DNA of 64,000 nt from Rickettsiales bacterium (GCA_002691145.1 NZHE01000026.1:15678-79677); one strand, 5' to 3'; positions 17,446 through 29,400 are shown, numbered from the stretch's first letter. Numbers and translations are program-made. The notes: generated from the sequence alone by a model not told the origin.

Positions 17446-19137
17446 ATGGAAGATTTTACTTACACTTTTTTAGCCTTTTCTCCAATTTTATTAGCAGGCT
17501 TATTTCTTATTGGTTTTAAACTTTCAGCGAAAATTGCAATGCCAATTGTTTTTATCTGTACTTGTATTTTAGCATATTTTTTTTGGGAAGTAAGTTTCAT
17601 AAGAATATCAGCTTCCATTCTTCAAGGCTTGGTAATAAGTATCGGAATTGTCTGGATAATTTTTGGTGCATTATTATTATTAAATACCTTGAAATATTCT
17701 GGGGCAATCATGACAATTAGAAGAGGATTTTCAAACATTAGTCCGGATAGAAGAATTCAAGTCATTTTGATAGCATGGTTGTTTGGGTGTTTTATTGAAG
17801 GAGCATCAGGATTTGGGACACCGGCTGCAGTAGCAGCTCCTTTAATGGTCGCAATTGGTTTCCCCCCATTATCTGCTGTAGTATTCGGAATGATGATTCA
17901 ATCAACACCTGTATCTTTTGGAGCTGTAGGAACACCAATGATTGTCGGAGTGCAAGGGGGATTAAATAAATCAGAAATAACAGAACAATTGAATATTATT
18001 GGACTAGAATGGGATTCTTACTTTTCAATAATAGTGACTGAGGTTGCTTTAATTCACTCTGTATGTGGAACTTTCATGCCTATGTTACTTGTAATGATCA
18101 TGACAAGATATTTTGGTAAAAATAAATCCTGGTTTGAGGGAATCTCAATCTTTCCATTTGCAATATTTTCAGCATTAAGTTTTACAATTCCATACGCACT
18201 TGCAGGAGTTTTTCTAGGTCCAGAATTTCCCTCTATTTTAGGTGGATTAATGGGTTTAGCTTTAGTAAGCACTGCAGTAAAATTCAATTTTTTAGTTCCC
18301 AAAGATAAATGGGACTTTCCTAAGACCCCAGAATCCTCTTCCAAATGGACAATTAACTCTGAGCGAAAAATGGAAAATATAAACAATAGAAAAATAGGTA
18401 ATTTTTTAGCCTGGTGCCCATATTTAGCTTTAGCTTTTTTTCTAATTCTAACTAGAACTTTTGAACCAATTAGTTTTTTTTTAAAATCTTTGGATTTTAA
18501 AATTTTAGATATTTTAGGTGAAAATGACATTGATGCAGGTTTTCAAATTATTTATCTTCCTGGAGGGATACTTGTATTCGTTTGCATATTAACATTTATT
18601 ATGCATAAAATGAGTTTTCCTCAAATTTCAAATGCTTTTAGTGAATCTTCTAGAACAATATTTGGCGCAGCATTTGTTTTAATTTTTACTGTTCCACTTG
18701 TAAGAATAATGATTAACTCAGGAATAAATACACTTGATATTCCCAGTATGCCAATAGCAATGGCAAAAGGAACCTCAGAGCTTATGGGGCAGTTTTATCC
18801 TTTATTTGCTCCTGCAATTGGAGCAATTGGTGCTTTCCTTGCTGGATCCAATACTGTTAGTAATCTTATGTTAAGCCAATTCCAATTTGAAACGGCAAAT
18901 TTACTCAATATTTCAGGAGCACTAATGGTCGCCGCACAAAGTGTAGGTGCGGCGGCTGGCAATATGATAGCTATCCATAATATAGTAGCTGCCTCAGCGA
19001 CAGTGGGACTTTTGGGTAATGAAGGAGCAACTCTTAGAATTACTATAATTCCAACTATTTATTATCTTTTTTTAAGTGGAATAATTGTTTTTATTCTATT
19101 TCAAGTATTTGGTATAACTGACCCGTTGATAATTTAA
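17446..19137 (+). CDS. lctP: L-lactate permease (LctP family)
   Basis: 563 aa polytopic transporter with LctP-family-like sequence and length. Confidence 0.8.
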   Translation: MEDFTYTFLAFSPILLAGLFLIGFKLSAKIAMPIVFICTCILAYFFWEVSFIRISASILQGLVISIGIVWIIFGALLLLNTLKYSGAIMTIRRGFSNISPDRRIQVILIAWLFGCFIEGASGFGTPAAVAAPLMVAIGFPPLSAVVFGMMIQSTPVSFGAVGTPMIVGVQGGLNKSEITEQLNIIGLEWDSYFSIIVTEVALIHSVCGTFMPMLLVMIMTRYFGKNKSWFEGISIFPFAIFSALSFTIPYALAGVFLGPEFPSILGGLMGLALVSTAVKFNFLVPKDKWDFPKTPESSSKWTINSERKMENINNRKIGNFLAWCPYLALAFFLILTRTFEPISFFLKSLDFKILDILGENDIDAGFQIIYLPGGILVFVCILTFIMHKMSFPQISNAFSESSRTIFGAAFVLIFTVPLVRIMINSGINTLDIPSMPIAMAKGTSELMGQFYPLFAPAIGAIGAFLAGSNTVSNLMLSQFQFETANLLNISGALMVAAQSVGAAAGNMIAIHNIVAASATVGLLGNEGATLRITIIPTIYYLFLSGIIVFILFQVFGITDPLII

Positions 19138-19164
19138 AAAATATATTTTGTTGATTATAAGATA

Positions 19165-20171
19165 ATGGAACCTATTACCCAAGGATTGATTGGTGCAAGT
19201 TTAGCGGGATCAATTTCAAAAAAAGATCATTTAAAACAAGCATCAATTTTAGGAGCAGTTGGAGGTATTTTTCCAGATATTGATGTTTTAATTAAATCAG
19301 ACAATGATCCACTACTATTTATTGACTTTCATAGACATTTTACACATTCTTTAATTTTTAGTCCTTTTGGTAGTCTTTTTTTAGCTTGTATTTTTTTTTT
19401 TTATTAAATAAATCAAAATCTTCATTTAAAAATATATATCTTTACATATTCATAGGTTTTATTAGTCACGGTCTATTAGACGCTTGCACAAGCTACGGAA
19501 CTAGTCTATTTTGGCCCTTTTCTAATGATAGAATATCATGGAATTTAATTTCAGTTGTTGATCCATTTTTTTCAATTTTATTACTTTTATTCTTTACAGT
19601 GTTTTTATTGAAAAAATCCAGAGTATTTGTTCAAATTGGAACTTTACTATGTTTAATTTATCTTGTCTTTGGCTATGTAAAAAAAGAAAAGATTAAAAAG
19701 TACGTAATCGATTTAGCTGAAAAAAGAAATCATAAGATTGAACGAATATTATTAAAACCAACCTTTGGTAATAATATTCTTTGGAGAAGTATTTATCAAA
19801 CGAAGAACTTTTATTATCTGAATGCAGTTTATATCCCATTATTCTCAGTTAAGAGTCATAGAAAGGGTGATAGATTAAATGTTATTAATAAAAACACAAT
19901 ATTCTCTGAGATTCCTGAAAATTCAATTCATAGGCAGGATATACTGAGATTTGCAAATTTTTCTCAAAACTTTATTTTTTTGCATCCTGATTATAGTACT
20001 GTAATAGCAGACCTAAGATATGGCTCGCTTCCGCATGATTACAAATCTTTATGGGGAATAGAAGTTGATTTAAAAAAATATGACCAGCATGTAGCTTATA
20101 AAAATTTAAGAAATTTTGAAAATGACTTCTTAAGAAATTTTTTTAAAATGCTTGGTGGGAATTTAAATTGA
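19165..20171 (+). CDS. membrane-bound metal-dependent hydrolase (YdjM/DUF457-like), interrupted by a 1-nt frameshift in a T12 run (~19391-19402)
   Basis: Track ORFs 19165-19407 and 19386-20171 encode the N- and C-terminal parts of one DUF457-type protein (HRHFTHSL ... FISHGLLDACTSYGTSLFWPFS). Reading T13 instead of T12 fuses them into a 335-aa protein. Confidence 0.6.
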
Positions 20172-20210
20172 AAAAATTTATAAATTTAGTTTATAATAAT
20201 ATCAAATATT

Positions 20211-20489
20211 ATGAGTTCAGTTGCATTTACACTTATTTATATTTCTTTGCAAACTTTGAGTTATAGTAATGAAGCTAAAATTCATATTATTAACGATAAA
20301 AAAGTTAAGAATGAAAAGACATTTGCTGGCCCAATGGGTATGGGGTTAGCAAAATCATTTGAAATAGATGGAAAGAAATTTTGTGTTTATAATATTATTC
20401 AGGGTCAAAAGAGAATTGAACTCTCTGAAAAGAAGTACGAATGCCCTAAGAATATTTTAGACAATGATAGATATTTAAATGATGATTAA
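20211..20489 (+). CDS. hypothetical small protein
   Basis: 92-aa ORF with an N-terminal hydrophobic segment. Confidence 0.25.
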   Translation: MSSVAFTLIYISLQTLSYSNEAKIHIINDKKVKNEKTFAGPMGMGLAKSFEIDGKKFCVYNIIQGQKRIELSEKKYECPKNILDNDRYLNDD

Positions 20490-20892
20490 AATCTTATTTA
20501 TATTTTTTCTTTTATTTTTAAACGCTTGCAGTGTTCAAAGATATTCGCATGAGTACTATATTGAATGTGAAAAAAGTAACGATACCTTCTCAGAAATAAA
20601 TACTTGTGCTGAAAAAAAAATTGAGAGTAATTGCAATGGTTCAACGAATTGTAAATTAGAAAATAAAAGATTTTTAGGCTCTATTTCAAAAATTAAAGAA
20701 ATGATTAAATCAAAAGAATTATCAGAAAATGGTGCAATGCTGCAGTATTATTTATTTCTGGAGATGGCAGAAATAAAAAAAGAACAGTTCAAGAAAAAAG
20801 AAATTGAAAAAAAACTAAAATTAAAATATCAAGACTATATTTCTGGAGGAAGATTTTACCGATGTTTTTATGTAGATCAAATTTTTTGTTAA
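20479..20892 (+). CDS. hypothetical lipoprotein (Cys-rich)
   Basis: 137 aa; lipobox-like FLNAC signal, then a Cys-rich segment CEKSNDTFSEINTCAEKKIESNCNGSTNC. Confidence 0.3.
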   Translation: MMIKILFIFFLLFLNACSVQRYSHEYYIECEKSNDTFSEINTCAEKKIESNCNGSTNCKLENKRFLGSISKIKEMIKSKELSENGAMLQYYLFLEMAEIKKEQFKKKEIEKKLKLKYQDYISGGRFYRCFYVDQIFC

Positions 20893-20918
20893 AAAATACT
20901 AATCTTAAATTTATCAAA

Positions 20919-21452
20919 CTAGCCAAAAACTTGTTTAGCATCTTTAAGACGATAAAAAATGTTAAATTCATCATCTATAGGTACAAGCTCTAATTTGCCT
21001 TTAATGTTGATAGCATCATATGAAAAATTAACCGGCTTAATAGCATGAACCTCAATTAATAGATTTGAGGAAGTATGAGGATGATACGGACAAGTAAGTG
21101 GAAAGGGGCCCAGTAAAAATAATTTTTGTTTTTCATCTTGTTCTAAAGGAAACATGTAACCCTGGATTAAAACTTCTCTAGATTCTAAATTTTTAATTTT
21201 TTCTTTAAAAACTGGACGAAAACCAATCCAATCATTTCCATTATCGTCAGTAAAGGAATATTCATTCATTCCGGTTTCACTAAATGTTTTCCACGAAATA
21301 CCTCCAGTCGGTAAATCTATAAAATCATCAACAGCAGAAAGTAATTCATTTGGTTGCTCAAGATCACCATCGATTATTTCAAATGTATTTAATTCCTTAA
21401 AATAAAAGGAAATTAGGAAAATAATAAGTATTTTTAAATTAAAACTCTTCAT
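20919..21452 (-). CDS. DUF3299-like periplasmic protein, last gene of the ABC transporter operon
   Basis: 177 aa, signal peptide; the family call is from memory of the DUF3299 pattern and its usual pairing with MacB/FtsX-type ABC systems. Confidence 0.4.
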   Translation of the reverse strand: MKSFNLKILIIFLISFYFKELNTFEIIDGDLEQPNELLSAVDDFIDLPTGGISWKTFSETGMNEYSFTDDNGNDWIGFRPVFKEKIKNLESREVLIQGYMFPLEQDEKQKLFLLGPFPLTCPYHPHTSSNLLIEVHAIKPVNFSYDAINIKGKLELVPIDDEFNIFYRLKDAKQVFG

Positions 21453-21467
21453 TATAACTGAATGTAT

Positions 21468-22901
21468 TTATACATTTTTTGTAAGTTGATGTGCAACATT
21501 TATTTTTGATGCTTTCATTGCTGGAAAAATGGCTGCTAAATAACCTGATAAAATCACAGTAAAAACTATTAAAAAAAAGCTTAGATTAAACTGAAAATTT
21601 GCCTGAATTGTATTTAATGGAATAATGATTTTGGTTAGAACTTCAAAACCTACTATCCCAACTAAAATTCCAATAAAAAGACCAATTCCAACAATTGACA
21701 TTCCCTCTAAAATAATTATTTTAAAAATTCTTTTTCTTGAATAACCAATGGCTCTTAATATTGCAAGTTCTCCCATTCTATTATCCAAATTAGTAATTAA
21801 GCCAGCAAAAATACTTAAGATTGAAATTATAATTAAAATTGAAGAAAAGATGGTCAAACTTTTAGAGCTCAAACCAAAAATTGATGTCAGACGGGTAATC
21901 TCTAATGCTGGATTGGCAGCCTGCAACGAACTTTCTCTATTAATAAGACGAGGCAAATTAACATTTGCAATCGGAGATTTAGTGGTAATTAAAACTGCAG
22001 TAATTTCAGAGGTTTTTTTTTCAAAAGAATTTTTTACTATATTTTTGTCATTATTTATTTTATTTTCGATTAAATTATCTAAGTTTAGATTTTTGGTATT
22101 CTTTTTGTTATTTGAGCTTTCAACTTTATGATGCTCATGGTGGTGGTGAGTGTTTTTATTTTCTTCATGATTATGTTCTTCATGACTTGTTTTAATTTCA
22201 TGATGATCATGCTCTTTGGGTAAGGTATCAACTTTTATAGTACTATTTTTTTGTTCTGGTTTATTTCGATAATTTACATTACTCTCATTTATCTGAGGAT
22301 GATCATGAATGCTCAAAACTGAATCAACTGATGTTAAAAGCAATCTATCAATAACAGTGTTGGTTGGTTTTAAAATTCCTACGACCTTATATTTCTCATC
22401 TTCATGTTGGTTGTTGGAATCTAATAAACCATGAGAGCCGTAAAAGGTTTCTTCAATTTGAACATCAATGGAAGAACCTGCTATTATTTCAAAATTATTT
22501 TCCCATTTTCTTCCTTTAAATATTTCTGCATTATAGTGTTCGATATAATCAAATGTAGTACCAACAATTCTATATCCATTCCAATTATCTCCAAGTGCAA
22601 GTGGAATTGCATTCTCAATTTGAGGATGTTGAATATAGTTTTGAACTAGATCTAATGAAATATTTCCAGTTGGAATATCGACATGATAAACAGTGGATAA
22701 AACCATTTGAAGTGGACTTCCTTTGGCACCAACAACGATATCAATATTTTTTCCATCAGCTTTTAACCTATTGTTAAAATGATTATTTAACTGAGCTAAA
22801 ATTAGTGCTGTAAATACTCCAAAAACGATCAAAATTAAAGATAATGAAGTATTTAATAACCTATATTTTAATGAAAAAAATACAAACTTTAGATCACTCA
22901 T
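21468..22901 (-). CDS. ABC transporter permease, FtsX/MacB-type, with a histidine-rich periplasmic insertion
   Basis: 477 aa; N-terminal TM, large periplasmic domain containing KEHDHHEIKTSHEEHNHEENKNTHHHHEHHK, and a C-terminal 3-TM FtsX domain. Confidence 0.75.
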   Translation of the reverse strand: MSDLKFVFFSLKYRLLNTSLSLILIVFGVFTALILAQLNNHFNNRLKADGKNIDIVVGAKGSPLQMVLSTVYHVDIPTGNISLDLVQNYIQHPQIENAIPLALGDNWNGYRIVGTTFDYIEHYNAEIFKGRKWENNFEIIAGSSIDVQIEETFYGSHGLLDSNNQHEDEKYKVVGILKPTNTVIDRLLLTSVDSVLSIHDHPQINESNVNYRNKPEQKNSTIKVDTLPKEHDHHEIKTSHEEHNHEENKNTHHHHEHHKVESSNNKKNTKNLNLDNLIENKINNDKNIVKNSFEKKTSEITAVLITTKSPIANVNLPRLINRESSLQAANPALEITRLTSIFGLSSKSLTIFSSILIIISILSIFAGLITNLDNRMGELAILRAIGYSRKRIFKIIILEGMSIVGIGLFIGILVGIVGFEVLTKIIIPLNTIQANFQFNLSFFLIVFTVILSGYLAAIFPAMKASKINVAHQLTKNV

Positions 22902-23521
22902 TATTTAATTTCCAATACATTTTTAAAAAGTCCTTTGATTCTTTTATCATGAGTACAGACTATTAAAGTTGAATTTGTTAATTTTATTTGCTTAAAAATA
23001 AGTTTCATTACTTTTTCAGTATTTTTATCATCCAATCCTGAAGTAAGTTCATCAGCAAAAATTACTTTTGCTTCGTTTGCAACCCCTCTTGCAATAGCTA
23101 CCCTTTGTGCCTCACCAAAACTAAGATTTTTAACTAATTTTTTTTTTATATCTTTTAAACCTAGCTCTTTAATTAATAGATTAATTCTTTCCTTGTTAGT
23201 ATTATCTTGAACTAACATTATATTTTGTTCAATATTTAAGTGTTTAATTAAGTAAAAGTTTTGAAAAATAAATCCAAAGTTTTTTGAACGAATTTTGTCT
23301 AATTCATCTTCATTAAGTAATAACAAATTTTTACCTTCAAAAAAAATTTCTCCTGATGTTGGTTTTAATAAGCCACCCATCAAATTAATTAGAGTTGTCT
23401 TTCCACAACCAGAAGGTCCAAGGATAAGCAAGTGCTCATCTCTATTAACTTTAAAGTTTAATGGTCTTAAAATCTCTTGATTCTCAAATTTGTACTTAAC
23501 ATTGACTAAGTTAAAAAGCAT
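22901..23521 (-). CDS. ABC transporter ATP-binding protein (MacB/LolD-like)
   Basis: 206 aa; Walker A GPSGCGKTT, ABC signature LSFGEAQR (LSGGQ-like variant), and Walker B. Confidence 0.85.
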   Translation of the reverse strand: MLFNLVNVKYKFENQEILRPLNFKVNRDEHLLILGPSGCGKTTLINLMGGLLKPTSGEIFFEGKNLLLLNEDELDKIRSKNFGFIFQNFYLIKHLNIEQNIMLVQDNTNKERINLLIKELGLKDIKKKLVKNLSFGEAQRVAIARGVANEAKVIFADELTSGLDDKNTEKVMKLIFKQIKLTNSTLIVCTHDKRIKGLFKNVLEIK

Positions 23522-23650
23522 ACAATTTATCTAACCATTATAATTGAATTCATAAAATAATAAACGTAACTGCTCATTTCATTTTATTTATTATCATTTT
23601 ATAATTTGATCGATATTATTTTTAAACCTATATTAATATTTGTAAAGTTA

Positions 23651-24823
23651 CTAAAAATTGTTTTCAAATACAAAAAAATAAGTATAGGAAACTAAAACAG
23701 CTGGAATCGCACTATAAAGTGTTGCTATGATCGCAGCTTTTGGAAGGATAGCAATAGCCGGAAAAAGTGCATCGCCATCATTAGATATAGCATTCCCAAT
23801 CTCAGCCGAAAAAGGAATAATACCATTTAAATAAAATGTAGTTACCAGGATTTGTGGTCCACAACCCGGAACAAATCCCATGAAAATAGCTATTAAAGGT
23901 ACAACTGGTTTCCAAATATCGAAGATAATTTTAATATCAAAATTTGAAAAAAAAATAAAACTTTCATAAAATAAAAATCCACAAACAACCCAAGTTGTTA
24001 CAAAGTTAGTTGTATCAATAGTCCTTGAGAGATACGAACGTGATTTTTCTGTTGAACATTGAAAATCGCTCAAAGGATTTAAAGTCCACATAAAAATGGA
24101 TACCACAGCGCCAAATGAGCCAATAGTATTTACAACACTGAAATCATTATACAAAAAGAAATAGTCATCAACATTTACCTGTATTAAATTTAAAATACCA
24201 ATAAGCAATCCGGGGAAAAAAACAATAATCCATAAAATATTAAATTTTGAAACAAATGTTTTTTTTATGCTTTCAAATTCAACATTTAATTTTTTTTTAT
24301 CCAATAAATAATCTCTTTTATGAAAAATATCAACTAAATACCCAGTTACTAAACCCGTTGAAAAAGCTATAATAAAAATAATCATACCTTGCATCGGTTG
24401 TTTTGCAAGCAATAGAAAGGCTGCATCACCCATAGTTGACGACAAGACTGCAACTAAAGAACCGAAGCTTAATCTACCTTGTATAAACTGGGTAACAACT
24501 ATAATCGCTCCACCACACCCAGGCAAAGAGCCCAAAAACGACGAAAATAGTACATGAAATTTTTTTGATTTTTTTAAAAAGTTTTTAATTTCAAAATTTG
24601 TAAGTGAGTCTAAACCCAAAAATATAAAAAGAGTAAAAGCAACAAATACTGAAACATTTAAATAAGCATCAATCAGTGAAGTTCTTACAACTGTCGCAAA
24701 GTCATTAGTTTGAAAAGCAAGAGAAAGAATTAGAAAACCTAAAATACATTTTTTTAGAAGTCTTCCCTCGTTCGCAACTAATATTTTCTTTTTTTTTATT
24801 ACACTTACAAATAAAGCATTCAT
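23651..24823 (-). CDS. polytopic membrane protein with internal two-fold repeat (GSLPGCGGAII / GFVPGCGPQIL motifs); putative permease
   Basis: 390 aa, ~10 TM helices; each half carries a PGCG motif inside a TM helix. Family not confidently assigned. Confidence 0.35.
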   Translation of the reverse strand: MNALFVSVIKKKKILVANEGRLLKKCILGFLILSLAFQTNDFATVVRTSLIDAYLNVSVFVAFTLFIFLGLDSLTNFEIKNFLKKSKKFHVLFSSFLGSLPGCGGAIIVVTQFIQGRLSFGSLVAVLSSTMGDAAFLLLAKQPMQGMIIFIIAFSTGLVTGYLVDIFHKRDYLLDKKKLNVEFESIKKTFVSKFNILWIIVFFPGLLIGILNLIQVNVDDYFFLYNDFSVVNTIGSFGAVVSIFMWTLNPLSDFQCSTEKSRSYLSRTIDTTNFVTTWVVCGFLFYESFIFFSNFDIKIIFDIWKPVVPLIAIFMGFVPGCGPQILVTTFYLNGIIPFSAEIGNAISNDGDALFPAIAILPKAAIIATLYSAIPAVLVSYTYFFVFENNF

Positions 24824-24928
24824 TTTTAATTAGTTACCATTGGTAATAATGTAATAAATAAAAAAAAAATACATTATGCAATTTTTAAACATTTTTCAAA
24901 ACGAGTTATAAAAATTATTTGTTTATTG

Positions 24929-25267
24929 TTAGGCATCTCGTAATATGATGTGAAAACCGAAATCAGATTCAACAGGTTTGCTCATCTCACCTACACCTAA
25001 CTTGAAGGCAGCATCTTCAAATTCCTTTACCATAACTCCTTTACCAAACTCGCCAAGGAAACCCCCTGACTTTCCGGAAGCACAATCAGAGTATTTAATA
25101 GCAAAGTCTTTAAAAATAACTTGGTTTTTACTATCTTCCTTTGAAATTTTTGTGTGTATATCTTTAATAAGTTTGTGAGCCTTATCTTTTGTTAATTCTG
25201 ACCTGGAATTAGCAGAATCTTTATGCATTATCAATATATGGTAAGCAGAAATTTTTTCACTCATCAA
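24929..25267 (-). CDS. parvulin-type peptidyl-prolyl cis-trans isomerase (PpiC-like)
   Basis: 112 aa; the HILIMHK...CASGKSGGFLGEFGKGVMVKEFEDAAFKLGVGEMSKPVESDFGFHII pattern fits parvulin. Confidence 0.7.
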   Translation of the reverse strand: MMSEKISAYHILIMHKDSANSRSELTKDKAHKLIKDIHTKISKEDSKNQVIFKDFAIKYSDCASGKSGGFLGEFGKGVMVKEFEDAAFKLGVGEMSKPVESDFGFHIILRDA

Positions 25268-26480
25268 CTTTACCTAGTTTTAACCTTTTAAACAAAATAT
25301 TTAAAGTAAATATAAAAAATATAATTAAATAAACAAAATCGTAGTTTAATTTATAGTATATTAAATAATAAACTATTCCCATAATCAAGACAGAATTAAT
25401 CATATAAAATAAATTATAACTTAAAAATAACTGTTTTACATTATTATTTCTTAAATGAAAGGACAATGGCAAGGCACAAGCAGAAATTACAGATAAATAA
25501 AATTGAAAAAAATTGATTCCATACGAGGATGAAAGTTCAACAAAGAAAAAATAAATTAAACATAATAAAATATTAAAAAAAGAAAAATAAGTTACTATTT
25601 TTTCTTTTCCAATAAGTTGAAATACAAAATGAAAACAAAACATTAATAAAAGAAAAAGGAGTATATGACTCAATTTAAACTGAATAAAAAAAGAATTTTC
25701 AGGTCTAACAATTCCAGGAAGCCAAGTTTGTAAAATTATCATCATTAAAAAAAGAATAGGTAATATAAAAAACAAGTTACCAAGTAATAATCTAATTAAA
25801 TTTGTAATATCCGAGGCCTTACTATTTGAATCAATAATTAAACCAATTAAAAAATTTTCTTCTTTATAATCTTTATTGATGTAAAAATGAAAAATTGAAA
25901 TAACAATTAAAATCAAAAGACTTATCTTCCAATACCAACTATTCAGCTCATTGTTAGAATAAATTTGATTTAGAAACTCTACGAAAAGCAACCCAAACAT
26001 TATACCTAAAAACTTAAATACAAATTTTTTAACATTCATAAAAGATGGATTTTTTACAGTATAATCACTTAAAAAGTTATAATTTAAGGCAAATACAATT
26101 CCAATTATAATTCTTATTGAAAATAAAATTAAAACATTTAATAAGATATTATTGTTAAAGTTTGGAATTAAAAAACAGCTTAAGTAGGTAAAGGGAATAA
26201 TATAAATGAAACAATTCTTAAAACTTAGTATTTTTTCACATTCAACTTTAAGTCTTTTTTTTATAAAAAATAAAATTTTTAAAGCAAATGGTCTTATAAA
26301 GTACGAACATACGACCAATGAGAGACTTAAAAATAAAAAATCATTATCTTTTAGCTCATTAAAATAATAGTACGAAATATAGGGTAAAAGAGATAGAAAT
26401 AACGATATGTCCAAACCGTCAATAAAGCCTAGAGTACAGTTTGGGTTTAAAAATTTATTTTTTAAATTACGTTCTTTCAT
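25257..26480 (-). CDS. hypothetical polytopic membrane protein
   Basis: 407 aa with >=10 hydrophobic helices. Confidence 0.3.
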   Translation of the reverse strand: MKERNLKNKFLNPNCTLGFIDGLDISLFLSLLPYISYYYFNELKDNDFLFLSLSLVVCSYFIRPFALKILFFIKKRLKVECEKILSFKNCFIYIIPFTYLSCFLIPNFNNNILLNVLILFSIRIIIGIVFALNYNFLSDYTVKNPSFMNVKKFVFKFLGIMFGLLFVEFLNQIYSNNELNSWYWKISLLILIVISIFHFYINKDYKEENFLIGLIIDSNSKASDITNLIRLLLGNLFFILPILFLMMIILQTWLPGIVRPENSFFIQFKLSHILLFLLLMFCFHFVFQLIGKEKIVTYFSFFNILLCLIYFFFVELSSSYGINFFQFYLSVISACALPLSFHLRNNNVKQLFLSYNLFYMINSVLIMGIVYYLIYYKLNYDFVYLIIFFIFTLNILFKRLKLGKVDE

Positions 26481-29400
26481 TTTATTTCAGACATTAAAAT
26501 TAAAAAGTTTTTAATTTCTCTAAATTTTTTTTCACTTTCTTTATATCTACTTAAATAAACTAGTTTATTATCTGGTCGTAACTTTAAGGTTTTGTTATTT
26601 TTCTTTACTAATTCTAAAAGGTTATTGATACCACTAAATTTATTATTTTTAAATGAAATTATGAAACCTTTTGAACCTGATGTAATTTTACTTACATTGA
26701 CTAATTTACTTAAATATTTTATTTCCACAACTTTAGTTAAATTAATTAATTCATTTGGAACTGTGCCATATCTGTCATCTAATTCACCTAAAATTTCTTT
26801 AATCTTTTCAAGACTATTAATTCTGGATATTCTTCTGTAAAAACTTAAGCGAGTTTGCAAATCTTTAATATAACTTTCTGGAATAAATACTGGAAAACCC
26901 AAATTAATTTGAGGTGACCAATCATCATCAATATTTTTATTATTTTGTATTTCACTAATAGTATCTTTTATAAGTTTTTGATAAAGCTCGATGCCAATTT
27001 CTTTTATATGACCAGACTGTTCTTCTCCAATTAAATTACCAGAGCCCCTTATATCAAGATCGTGACTTGCAATTGTAAAACCTGCTCCCAAACGATCGAG
27101 TTTTGAAATTACTTCTATTCGTTTTACTGCATTATTAGTGATTAATTGTCCTTCTGGTAGTATTAGGTATGCAAAAGCTTGTTTAGAAGATCTTCCCACC
27201 CTACCTCGAAGCTGATATAATTGGGACAATCCAAAATAATTTGGTTTTTCAATAATAATTGTGTTTACATTAGTTACATCTAATCCTGATTCAATTATCG
27301 ATGTCGATATTAAAATATCAATCTTTTTCTCATAGAATCTTTTATAAACATTATTTAAAACATTACCATTTAACTTGCCATGAGCAATTTCAAGGCTGTT
27401 GTTCGGAAAAATCTTTTTTAAATTTAAGTAAATGATATTCAAATCTTTAATTTTTGGTGCAACATAAAAAATCTGTCCTTCTCTCTGTAATTCATTTTCA
27501 ATAGCATTTTTGATGGTAGTTTTATTATATGAGGTTACATACGTTTTAATTGGCAATCTATCCACTGGCGGGGTCCTTATCATACTTAAGTCCCTAATTC
27601 CTAACAAAGAGGATTGTAACGTTCTCGGAATTGGAGTTGCAGATAATGTTAAAATATGCACATTAGATTTCAATTTTTTTAACTTTTCTTTTTGCTCAAC
27701 TCCAAAACTTTGTTCTTCATCTATGATTAAAAGTCCTAGTTTATTGAAAATAAAAGATTCACTGAGAATAGCGTGGGTCCCAATCAAAACTTTTAAGGTA
27801 TTATCTTTTAAAAAATCACTTATTTCTTTTTTTTCTTTTAAGCTTTCAAATCTACTAAATTTTTTAATTGAGATATTTAAAGCCTCAAATCTATTCTTAA
27901 AATTATTGTAATGTTGATTAACCAATAAAGTTGTGGGGCACAAAAAAGCTACTTGCTGTCCATCAGATGCGACCATAAAAGCAGCTCTCATTGCAATTTC
28001 AGTTTTTCCAAATCCAACATCTCCACATATAAGTCTATCCATAGGAACTCCTGATGATAAGTCGTTTTCAATATCATTGATAGCTTTAAGTTGATCAGAA
28101 GTTTCAATATAATTAAATTTTTCGGAAAATTTTACATAATTATCGTTGTTAGGAATTATAATTTGGCCTGTCTTTAATTTTCTCTCAGCAGCCACTTTTA
28201 TTAAATCAAAAGCTATATCTTTAAGCTTTTTTTTTATTAAAGCTTTTCGTAGTTGCCAGTTCTGAGAACCAAGTTTATCAAGGCTAACAATTGAATCTTT
28301 GCTTCCAAATCTTGAAATAAGTTCTAAATTTTCCACAGGTAATAATAAAATATCTTTATTATAATACTCAATTTCTACACATTCATGGATTGCTTCGTAT
28401 AATTGAATATTTTTTAAACCTTTAAATCTTCCAATCCCGTGTTCTGAATGAACTATAATTTCGTCTTCAATGAGATTCGAGATTTCTTCGATCAAATTTT
28501 CAGGATTAATATTTGGTCTCGATTTAGTGAAAACTTTTTTTTCAAAAAGGCTTGATTCCGTAAAAACAAGTATATTTTTATTTTTATTTTTTATAATTTC
28601 AAAACTATTAGAAATATCTATTTTTAAAAAAAAAATGTTATTCTTCTCATAAAGAATCTTTTTATTTTTATCAAGATCAACCAAATTTTTGTTAAAATCT
28701 TTAAGGATATGCATTAATTTTTTTTTGGTTGCGTCACTTTTTAAAGTAAAAAGAAAGTCAAATAGACTTAGATTATTTTTTACATATTGTAAAAATTTAT
28801 TCTTATTTTTTTCACTATTTAACTTGTATGATAAATTTATGGGTTTCGAAAAGTGCTTAACTTTTTTTTGATGATTAAAGTTTATAACATGAGAATAGTT
28901 AATCATATCTTTTGAAATACCCTTAATTATCTCTTCAGGCGAAGCAATATACCTACAAAATATAGCTTCTGAAAAATTCCCATAATTTAGAAAATCATTC
29001 TTAATGTCATCAAATTTTTTTGATAAATTTTCTTTAAAATTTTCATTAATGATAAATTTATAATCTTTTATACTTGATACTAAACATGAATAATCTTTAT
29101 AAAATAAAGGTAAAAACTTTTCGTATCCTTGAATTTTTATTCCTTGAGAAATTGATTCATAGTATTCATTATCGTCTGCAAGGTTTAAAAGTCTGTAATT
29201 AGTTCTAAAATTTTCAATACTTTCCTCATTAATAAAAATTTCAGAAGATGGGTATATAAATTTTTTAATTATTTTTCTTAAACTTAATTGAGTAATTGGA
29301 TCAAAAATTTTGATTGATTCTATTTTGGATAAGAACAAATCTATTCGTAATGGATAGTTATTGCCTGGAGAATAAATATCTAAAATATCACCTCTAATTG

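Noticed and set aside
23522-23650. Zur box upstream of the ABC / His-rich permease operon
   Set aside because: Only loose half-site resemblance (ttataatgg); no 7-1-7 palindrome comparable to the three perfect sites.
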